Part shown: piece after piece, positions 6,807-13,928 of the stretch
Numbering within the stretch: the stretch's first letter is position 1
Layout: every line of letters starts with the position of its first letter
DNA from: Dinoroseobacter phage DS-1410Ws-06
Sequence record: KU885988.1
Strand: one strand, 5' to 3'
DNA: 32,000 nt
The notes under the pieces: model-generated
Told to the model about the DNA's origin: nothing
The model's database searches: none
The model's input: the letters and a program-made list of their open reading frames with translations, nothing else
Translations under genes and position numbers: made by a program

Positions 6807-9800
6807 ATGGCTGAACGTCGTCCTCTGGTCCTCGTCAACGGGGCCTTTCAAGAACTTCCCGTAGGGGACACCCTCCCCGGTGCTGGTGGTCTGCAAAACA
6901 ACCTTGCAGCCACCACTGCACCTGCTGTCGGAAACGACAACACTGAAGGTTATGCTGTTGGTTCAGTCTGGATCGACGTAACCAATGACAATTCCTATGT
7001 CTGTCTCGATGCTTCGACAGGTGCTGCTGTCTGGGGACAAACCAACGGAGCAGGTGGAGGGGCTTCTAACTTCCTCTCACTGACAGACACTCCCGGTGCA
7101 TTCGGAACTGCTGGACAGTTTCTGGCCATCAACAGTGCAGCAGATGCAATCGAATTCGTAGACGCTCCTTCTGGTGGAGGCGGTGGTGGTGCATCAACCA
7201 AGAAAGGTTTCTTTGCTTGGGGTAACGCTTCTGCTGCTGGTACTCTTGCCAACTGGAACAATGAAGTCTGGGACTCTGAAGACGCATTTGATCCAGTTAC
7301 TGGTATCTACACTGTTCCAGCATCGCTGGATGGTGAGTACCTGCTCATCATCTTCAACGTCCGTGGTAACACAGGCGGTGCAATCTACATTCAAAAAGAC
7401 ACTGCTGGTAATAACACCTTCCAGAACTGGGCTGTTGCCGATCTCGGATCCAGCCAAGCCAGTGCATCTGTAATCATTCAAGTAGCCACTGGTGATCAGA
7501 TTCGTGCTCAAACCTTTGGTTTTTCTGCACAAAACGAAACCCGTACAAACTTCGGTGCCTTTGTTATGGGCAGTGGTGGTGGATCTTCCAGTGGTGGAGG
7601 TACGTCTTCAGGTATCTACGCTGAAGTGACTTATGCTGCAAACCATTCACCAACTACAAACGTCTTTGAACAACTGGCCTTCGATCAGGTGACTCTGGAT
7701 GCTGACAGCATTTATGACAGCCCATCAGGTCACTTCATCATTCCTGAGTCAATGAATGACACCAATGTCATCTTGCAACTGACTACTCAGGCTACCAACG
7801 ACAACTCTGGTGCAGTCGAATGTATCATCGAAAAATCCACTGATGGTGGAACCACTTGGAGTCGTCTAGGACAGTCTCCAAACGGTGGTATCCACTTCTT
7901 TGGTATTACCAATGCCATTGCCGTAGATCGTGCATCTACAGGTGATCGGTATCGAGCTATGTTCTTGTCTACAAATGCCATCACTCTTCGAGTTGATAAC
8001 AACCAGACTCGTTTTACTCTGGCTCAAGCTGGTGGTGGTTCTTCTGCTCAAAATGCGACTACTGATGTCGTATTCGATTTCGATGCGACTGGCGAAGCCG
8101 ATACCACTACACCAATCGACAAAGGTGTTCAAAACTTGGCTGTCACCAATAATGGTGTTGCAGTCCTGTCTGAACGCTACGAGTTTGAATCCACTAACGG
8201 TAACGGTGAGTGGTTTTCTGTTCCTGCTGCTGCTACAGAAAAACTCGGAAACTCTGATTTTGTACTGACAGTTGAACGACTTAGCTTCGATGCATTCCCT
8301 CAACAGCAAGGTGTTGTTGGTGAATGGGAAGCCACAGGAAACCAACGGTCTTGGATCCTGTTCCACAGTGCAGGACAGCTTCTGTTTTATGGTTCGTCCA
8401 ATGGTGCAAGCCAAGATGTCACTCTGTCTTATAACTTCAACGCAGCCAACACAGAGATTGATGTGATTGTCCGTCGTGTCGGTGGAACCATCACTCTCGA
8501 AATCAATGGTGCAGTTGAAGCTACAGCTAACCCCGGAGCAGGTTATACCTTCTTCGATTCCTCAGCCAATACGATTGAATTCGGTACATACGCTCCCGGC
8601 AGCCGTGATCTCGATGGTTCATTCCGTCGTGCAACCCTGACTATTACAGGTGCCAATCTGGATGCTGGTGTGCCTATCTCATTCCTAACTTTGCCTGATA
8701 CTCCAGAGACTTACGGCACTGTCGGTCAGATGCTTGTTGTCAATGGTGCTACAAATGGTCTGGAATGGACTGATGTACCTGCTGATGAACTGCCAGCCCT
8801 TGGAGCCGCAGGACAAATCCTTGCAGTCAATGGGGCTGCTAATGGTGTGGAATGGATTGATGCTCCCGCAGGTGGTAGTGGGGCTTCTTATGGAACTCCT
8901 GACTATGGAAATCCCGGTGGTACAGGAAACCGTACAGGTCTAATCACAGCCTCGACAAACGCTGTTCTGGGTGGTGGTACTACCGTAGATCGCTCTATTG
9001 ATGGTGCAGTTGGTACAAACTCTGCATCAGCATGGTACTGGAACAGTGGTCAAAACTCTGGTCTTTATGTTCGGTGGGACTTTGGATCCAAACAACGTAT
9101 TGACCAGATCCGTTGGCAGCAAAACAACACTGCTGGCCATGGTACATGGCGTGTGGAAGGATCTGATGATGCTTCTACGTGGACTCCAGTTTCATCTAAC
9201 TTCGCTCTGGGTGGTTCTACCGACCAAACCATTGATCTTGATCTGATTCCTGCTGACACTGGATATCGGTACTATCAGATCGCTTGGCAGTCTGGTTCTT
9301 CCACCAGCAACAGCCCATGGCTTCAAGAAACTGAATTCCGTCTGGCTCCTGAAAGCAATCCATCAGAACTCCCTGCTGGTGGTACTGCTGGTCAGTTGCT
9401 TGCCAAGGTTGATGCTACAGACGGAAACGTCGAATGGATTGATCCTCCTGCTGGTGGTTCTGGTGAACCAAACGTAACAAGCTGGAATGATCTGGCAGCC
9501 GGAGTCACTCCGACAAACTGGATCGTAAGCTCTGGTACTCCTGTCACCATGGCTTCCAAAGGTAGCCTCACACCCCGCACAGGGGCTGTCTTCGCAGGTG
9601 TGGTGGCTTTTGAAGCCTCTGCTGTGATGTATGAGGATATCACGCTGGAAACTCGTCATCAGGGCATGTACGTCGATCTGACGTACTTCCACGGTCGTGA
9701 TAACAACGTGAACGACAATGTGAGAGTCGATCTGGCTTTCCTTGATTCTGGAAGCACTCAGATCAGCACAGTCGGAACCACAGATGGCAATGCTGTCGCT

Positions 9801-10901
9801 GAGAACACATGGGAGCGTGTATCACTCAATGATACATTGATCCCTGACAATGCTGCATTCATTCGAGTGACAGTCACGTTTACCCGTGGCCAAGGCTCTG
9901 AACTGAACGCCTATATCGACGACATCAACCTGCGTTTCAAAGCAAATGCTTCGTCTCCTGACGAACTTCCTGCTCTCGGTACACCGGGACAGGTACTTGC
10001 TGTGAATGGTGCAGGTGATGGTGTTGAATGGAAAGCTGATGAAACTGGTGCAGAATCTCCTGCAACTGGAGACGGTGTATCTGATTCTTGGACAGTGACA
10101 TTGGCTACTGCCAACTCGACTTCAGCCTTTGCTCTTAAAGGTAACATCGTCACCATGACTGAAGATCGGTGGCTGACTGCTGTTGATATGGGTCATTCGA
10201 CCAATAATCTTGGACAGACTGTTGATCTGTTCGTAGCCAAACTGTCTGAAGTCAATCCGGGAACCATCACAGAAATTGTTCTTGATGTCGGTCAGGTTTC
10301 TATTTCTGATCCAATTGATGACACACGGTTTACCGTACCTAATGGTGGTCTTCATCTTGAAAACGGTGTGACCTATGTCATTGCATTCGTTCGAACAGAT
10401 GCAACAGGTGCTGATGCTCTGCAATTGGATTTCCCGTCTGGTGGTACTGAAGCATCCAGCTTCTTTACTCACAATGGTACTGCTCGTGCTGCTTTGAATG
10501 CCCCTGCTCTCACAAATACAGTTTATTTCAATAATACTGCTGCTGTGAAAATGGACATTATTACAGAGGGTTACGTTGCACCTGCTTCTCCGGGAGACAT
10601 GGTTCAGACTGAAATCACAGGTGCAACATACAGCACTCAAGTTTCTGATTTTGCAGGTAATGTCGTCCGTCGAATGAACAGTGCATCGGGTCAGACTGTG
10701 ACTGTTGAACCAGACATTACAGGACAGCCTGTCACCTTCATCCAAGCTGGTGCAGGTACTGTGACGTTTGCTGCTGGGACTGGAGTCACTATCAACTCTC
10801 TGAACAGCAATCTCGCAATTGCAGGACAGTATGGATCTGTTACGCTAATCCCTGATGTGGACACAGCAAACACATTCTATCTGGTAGGTGCCTTGGCATG
10901 A
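6807..10901 (+). CDS. Large modular tail fibre / receptor-binding protein (1364 aa) with several lectin-like beta-sandwich domains
   Basis: Five copies of a ~30-aa motif (G..GQ.L.......(V/I)EW.D.P.GG) separate the domains. By pattern recognition, two domains look C1q/TNF-like (about nt 7197-7572 and 7610-7990). One looks like LamG/concanavalin (about 8067-8650: 'GEWEATGNQRSWILFHSAGQLLFYGS...VIVRRVGGTITLEINGA'). One looks like F5/8-type-C discoidin (8985-9344: 'IDGAVGTNSASAWYWNS...YVRWDFGSKQRIDQIRWQQ...GTWRVEGSDDASTWTPV'). One looks like a CBM-type jelly roll (about 9465-9940). The C-terminus has the common fibre end '...FIQAGAGTVTFAAGTGVTINS...'. Confidence 0.85.
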   Translation: MAERRPLVLVNGAFQELPVGDTLPGAGGLQNNLAATTAPAVGNDNTEGYAVGSVWIDVTNDNSYVCLDASTGAAVWGQTNGAGGGASNFLSLTDTPGAFGTAGQFLAINSAADAIEFVDAPSGGGGGGASTKKGFFAWGNASAAGTLANWNNEVWDSEDAFDPVTGIYTVPASLDGEYLLIIFNVRGNTGGAIYIQKDTAGNNTFQNWAVADLGSSQASASVIIQVATGDQIRAQTFGFSAQNETRTNFGAFVMGSGGGSSSGGGTSSGIYAEVTYAANHSPTTNVFEQLAFDQVTLDADSIYDSPSGHFIIPESMNDTNVILQLTTQATNDNSGAVECIIEKSTDGGTTWSRLGQSPNGGIHFFGITNAIAVDRASTGDRYRAMFLSTNAITLRVDNNQTRFTLAQAGGGSSAQNATTDVVFDFDATGEADTTTPIDKGVQNLAVTNNGVAVLSERYEFESTNGNGEWFSVPAAATEKLGNSDFVLTVERLSFDAFPQQQGVVGEWEATGNQRSWILFHSAGQLLFYGSSNGASQDVTLSYNFNAANTEIDVIVRRVGGTITLEINGAVEATANPGAGYTFFDSSANTIEFGTYAPGSRDLDGSFRRATLTITGANLDAGVPISFLTLPDTPETYGTVGQMLVVNGATNGLEWTDVPADELPALGAAGQILAVNGAANGVEWIDAPAGGSGASYGTPDYGNPGGTGNRTGLITASTNAVLGGGTTVDRSIDGAVGTNSASAWYWNSGQNSGLYVRWDFGSKQRIDQIRWQQNNTAGHGTWRVEGSDDASTWTPVSSNFALGGSTDQTIDLDLIPADTGYRYYQIAWQSGSSTSNSPWLQETEFRLAPESNPSELPAGGTAGQLLAKVDATDGNVEWIDPPAGGSGEPNVTSWNDLAAGVTPTNWIVSSGTPVTMASKGSLTPRTGAVFAGVVAFEASAVMYEDITLETRHQGMYVDLTYFHGRDNNVNDNVRVDLAFLDSGSTQISTVGTTDGNAVAENTWERVSLNDTLIPDNAAFIRVTVTFTRGQGSELNAYIDDINLRFKANASSPDELPALGTPGQVLAVNGAGDGVEWKADETGAESPATGDGVSDSWTVTLATANSTSAFALKGNIVTMTEDRWLTAVDMGHSTNNLGQTVDLFVAKLSEVNPGTITEIVLDVGQVSISDPIDDTRFTVPNGGLHLENGVTYVIAFVRTDATGADALQLDFPSGGTEASSFFTHNGTARAALNAPALTNTVYFNNTAAVKMDIITEGYVAPASPGDMVQTEITGATYSTQVSDFAGNVVRRMNSASGQTVTVEPDITGQPVTFIQAGAGTVTFAAGTGVTINSLNSNLAIAGQYGSVTLIPDVDTANTFYLVGALA
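7071..7190 (+). repeat. Fibre peptide motif copy 1 (protein-level repeat)
   Basis: FLSLTDTPGAFGTAGQFLAINSAADAIEFVDAPSGGGGGG. Confidence 0.7.
8682..8882 (+). repeat. Fibre peptide motif copies 2 and 3 (tandem)
   Basis: FLTLPDTPETYGTVGQMLVVNGATNGLEWTDVPADE + LPALGAAGQILAVNGAANGVEWIDAPAGGSG. Confidence 0.75.
9363..9464 (+). repeat. Fibre peptide motif copy 4
   Basis: SELPAGGTAGQLLAKVDATDGNVEWIDPPAGGSG. Confidence 0.75.
9960..10040 (+). repeat. Fibre peptide motif copy 5
   Basis: DELPALGTPGQVLAVNGAGDGVEWKAD. Confidence 0.75.
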
Positions 10902-11788
10902 TGAGTCTTCTTCTTGGTTCAGTCTCGGCTTCAGCGATCATTGCTGGAGGAGGTGGGGGTTATCCTGCCTCTCCCAGCTTTTCGCTGCTGCATGAAGACG
11001 AAGATTTAGCCAACACTACAAGCAATTACACATGGTCATGGAACATCGTAAATCCCGGAACCTATCTGCTCATCGTTTATGGTGGTACAGGTGGTTCAGG
11101 AAACACTGACTCTGGATATGACAGTTTCACCGTAGACAACGGTGCAGTTTTGACTGAAATTGCCTATGATCAGAACACCGAGTACGAAGCCACAGGATAT
11201 TTCCGCATCATCGTAAATAATGCTGGTGTCCACAACTTCGTATTTGATCAACAATCTCAACGCTTTAGGATGCGTGCTGCACTATACGATCCTATCGCTC
11301 TGGATCTATACGCTCCCACTTTCTACAGCACTGGTACAGCCAATGAAACTGACACTGGCCTCACAGCCAGCACAACAGTTCCTGCTGTTGCAAACCAAGC
11401 ATTCTTCAGTGTAGCTTTGGGACGTGGATCTACACCTACCTTTGAGTATCCCGGACGTACTGCTCAGATCATGCCTCTTCTGGAATCGGCTGATTTCAGA
11501 TCTGAGATCGCATTCGGAGCCTTTCCAGCAACTCAAAACGAAGATTTCACTGTAGCTTCAAGCACTACAAACAGAGCATTAGTCACTGTGCTAACGTTCC
11601 CTTACCTCACAGAATCACAAGCAGCTTCTATCCGAGTTGGAGATGTGCTTGGATACGCTATTGCTGGTGGTAGACTCCCAACCGGGGTATCAGTCGAAAA
11701 CGGAAGACCATATGCAGTCTTTGGTTTTGGAGGTGGACCTCATATAAGAGTTGAAAACGCTCGCCCTTACGTCATCGTGGAGACCTGA
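10898..11788 (+). CDS. Putative fibre-associated structural protein (296 aa)
   Basis: ATGA overlap with the fibre gene stop. Gly-rich N-terminus (AGGGGGYPASP; YGGTGGSGNTDSGY). Beta-rich composition with no enzymatic motif. Function inferred from context only. Confidence 0.55.
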   Translation: MMSLLLGSVSASAIIAGGGGGYPASPSFSLLHEDEDLANTTSNYTWSWNIVNPGTYLLIVYGGTGGSGNTDSGYDSFTVDNGAVLTEIAYDQNTEYEATGYFRIIVNNAGVHNFVFDQQSQRFRMRAALYDPIALDLYAPTFYSTGTANETDTGLTASTTVPAVANQAFFSVALGRGSTPTFEYPGRTAQIMPLLESADFRSEIAFGAFPATQNEDFTVASSTTNRALVTVLTFPYLTESQAASIRVGDVLGYAIAGGRLPTGVSVENGRPYAVFGFGGGPHIRVENARPYVIVET

Positions 11789-11789
11789 T

Positions 11790-12758
11790 ATGGCTATTCT
11801 TTTTGTTGGAAACACAGCCGGAGAAGTCGGCATGGGTATCGACGATGCGGCTGCCACCACTCGTTATGATACGACTTACGTAAACAACTGCATCGAGATG
11901 CAGAACAACGAAGGGGGTGCTCTACCCATCCCACAAGGTCGTTCTGAACTCTGGATCCACTTCGATCTGGCTTGTGATACTGGAGCCAACAACATCAACT
12001 CTGATGGTGATGTCTTCACGATCAACACCGACGGAAACCGTGCATGGCAAATGAATTTGTCTAATGGTAACTGGGGCTTGGAAGCCTCAACCAATGGATC
12101 CAGCTTTGCTGCAAACGGTGTTGTTGCAATTGGTCATCCAGCAGATCAGATTGTCACAAGCATGGACATTCACATCGCTTTGAACAGTGGTGGAAATGAC
12201 TTCTGTCGATTCTACACCAATGGAAACCTTGCGATGGAACAGTCTGCTGCTCACGTTGCAGGTTCTGACAACATCATGAGCTTTGTATTCAGCCATTTCG
12301 ATGCTGGTGCTCGTCACTACTACAGTCAGGTAATCATCGCAGACGAGTCTACCCTTGGAATGAAACTGACTCCTCTCACACCTGAGAGCAACACAGCAGA
12401 CAATGCTTGGGTCGGTGACTTTTCTGCTTTGGTTGATCGGAATGACGGTCTTGCAGCATTCAGCGACACTGCTGGACAACTACAAGGCTTCAATCTGACT
12501 GACTACATTGGGCCAGCTTCTCCCACAGGTCTTCGTGGTGTCTTTATGGCTTCACGGGCTGGTACGGGTGATTCAGGGCCTACAGGTTTTAACCACTACC
12601 TTGAGATCGGTGGCACCAAGTATCACGGTGCAAATATCGCTAACCCTACTCCTGATGTGACTCAAGTCACTGAATGGGCTACGAATCCAGCTACGGCTTC
12701 GGCTTGGGACTCCACTGCTCTCAATGCACTGATAGCAGGGATACGATCAAACGCATGA
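11790..12758 (+). CDS. Putative concanavalin/LamG-like structural protein (322 aa)
   Basis: ATG at 11790 lies 1 nt after the upstream stop (MAILFVGNTAGE...). The track's earlier start at 11751 would overlap by 38 nt. '...DFCRFYTNGNLAMEQS...' resembles the LamG-type jelly-roll pattern. This is a context-based call. Confidence 0.55.
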   Translation: MAILFVGNTAGEVGMGIDDAAATTRYDTTYVNNCIEMQNNEGGALPIPQGRSELWIHFDLACDTGANNINSDGDVFTINTDGNRAWQMNLSNGNWGLEASTNGSSFAANGVVAIGHPADQIVTSMDIHIALNSGGNDFCRFYTNGNLAMEQSAAHVAGSDNIMSFVFSHFDAGARHYYSQVIIADESTLGMKLTPLTPESNTADNAWVGDFSALVDRNDGLAAFSDTAGQLQGFNLTDYIGPASPTGLRGVFMASRAGTGDSGPTGFNHYLEIGGTKYHGANIANPTPDVTQVTEWATNPATASAWDSTALNALIAGIRSNA

Positions 12759-12985
12759 CACCAGTCAGTCCTTTGAAAACCATCACAAAGATGGACAGGA
12801 TTCAGCCTCATGACCTCTATTATGCTGTGGACACGCAAGTTCATCCCTTGCGTTTCCTACATCTGTCTGGCACGAAGCTGACCACAGATAGAAACTACGC
12901 TTGGTATGGCACCAAGCGACAGTTCAGAAATCTCGTGAAGATTCACGAGTGGGATGGATTGGCCCTCATCAATCGACCAAAATAA
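12755..12985 (+). CDS. Hypothetical protein (76 aa)
   Basis: Internal ATG at 12755 forms an ATGA overlap with the upstream stop (MTPVSPLKTITKMDRIQPHD...). No motif. Confidence 0.5.
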   Translation: MTPVSPLKTITKMDRIQPHDLYYAVDTQVHPLRFLHLSGTKLTTDRNYAWYGTKRQFRNLVKIHEWDGLALINRPK

Positions 12986-12997
12986 GAGGAAACCTCA

Positions 12998-13540
12998 ATG
13001 TTCACTCAACAACTGCCGCCTGAGCTTTTCCAGCTTCAGCGGGAATTCATCCGTGTGATGGATGCCAACCGGGACTTCGTTTGGTGGGCTGACACGCTCA
13101 TCGTCGAAGAAACCAAAGAACTCCGGGATGAGTTCGAAGCCGATGTCACCGACATGAACAAACTGTTCAAAGAACTGGCAGATCTGCTCTACGTCGTGGC
13201 TGGCTTCTACAATGTCATGCCCACGTTTGCACCTGAAGTCGTCGATCAAGAGACGAACGAACGGATGCAGCGTATCCTCGACGAAGCTGCTGTACTGGTC
13301 TCTGAGGTCAGTCAGAAGCTCCAGATTCCTCTCCCTGTCATTCTGGCTGCCTTCAAGGTGGTTCACGACTCCAACATGAGCAAGGTGAACCCTGAGACCG
13401 GAAAGCCTGACCGTCGAGAAGATGGAAAGATCCTGAAAGGTCCGAACTACACTGCTCCGTCCATGGATGCAGTGGTCTCCGAGTGGGACAAGTACCGGAA
13501 GAACAGCAAAGCAAAGGAGACACTCGCAAATGCTGGATAA
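12998..13540 (+). CDS. mazG: MazG-like all-alpha nucleoside triphosphate pyrophosphohydrolase
   Basis: AGAGGA lies 7 nt upstream of the ATG. 'VEETKELRDEF....MNKLFKELADLLYVVAGF' is the EExxE/ELADLLY-type MazG helix pair. The C-terminal 'VVHDSNMSKVNPETGKPDRREDGKILKGPNYTAP' is typical of the phage/bacterial MazG-like subfamily. Confidence 0.7.
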   Translation: MFTQQLPPELFQLQREFIRVMDANRDFVWWADTLIVEETKELRDEFEADVTDMNKLFKELADLLYVVAGFYNVMPTFAPEVVDQETNERMQRILDEAAVLVSEVSQKLQIPLPVILAAFKVVHDSNMSKVNPETGKPDRREDGKILKGPNYTAPSMDAVVSEWDKYRKNSKAKETLANAG

Positions 13541-13844
13541 GGTGGATGACACAACCTTCGCTCAGAAGGTTCGCCAAGCTGACGGTTACGTCATGGTTCT
13601 GTTCACTGGCTCGTGGTGCCAGCCCTGTAAGAAGTTCAAACCTGTGTTTGAGCAGTTTCTGGGCAATTTTCCACATATCAAAGGCTATGAAGCCGATGTG
13701 GAATCCACAGACCAGTTTGCCACCGAACTCAACGTGCGATCACTCCCTTCTTTGGTTCTCTTCAGCGACGGCATGGTCGTCGATGTGAAATCTGGAACGA
13801 TGACGAAGGAAGACCTTCGACTCTGGACACAAGAGAACATCTAA
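13530..13844 (+). CDS. trx: Thioredoxin
   Basis: Internal ATG at 13530 (MLDKVDDTTFAQKV...) overlaps the mazG end by 11 nt. Active site 'WCQPC' (WCxPC) sits in the context 'VLFTGSWCQPCKKFKPVFE', with 'VRSLPSLVLF' (cis-Pro region). Confidence 0.8.
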   Translation: MLDKVDDTTFAQKVRQADGYVMVLFTGSWCQPCKKFKPVFEQFLGNFPHIKGYEADVESTDQFATELNVRSLPSLVLFSDGMVVDVKSGTMTKEDLRLWTQENI

Positions 13845-13880
13845 CCTCCCTTGAGTGATGGATCCAATGTCACTCTAACT

Positions 13881-13913
13881 GTCCTCGGTCCTCGGACCGG
13901 GGACTTTTCTTTT
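13881..13913 (+). terminator. Rho-independent terminator
   Basis: GTCCTCGGTC (13881-13890), loop CTCG, GACCGGGGAC (13895-13904). This gives a 10-bp stem with one G-T wobble, followed directly by TTTTCTTTT. Confidence 0.8.
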
Positions 13914-13928
13914 GAAAGGACCAAAACC

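Noticed and set aside
6807-10901. Repeats in the fibre gene considered as a CRISPR-like array or as a DGR template/variable-region pair.
   Set aside because: The repeats are conserved only at peptide level and have diverged at DNA level. Their spacing is irregular (hundreds to more than 1000 nt). No reverse transcriptase, cas gene or near-identical TR/VR pair is present in the window.
13851-13928. TTG at 13851 as the rIIA start, as given in the ORF track.
   Set aside because: It would put the strongest terminator in the window (13881-13913) inside the coding region. The ATG at 13929 aligns better with the T4 rIIA N-terminus as I recall it.
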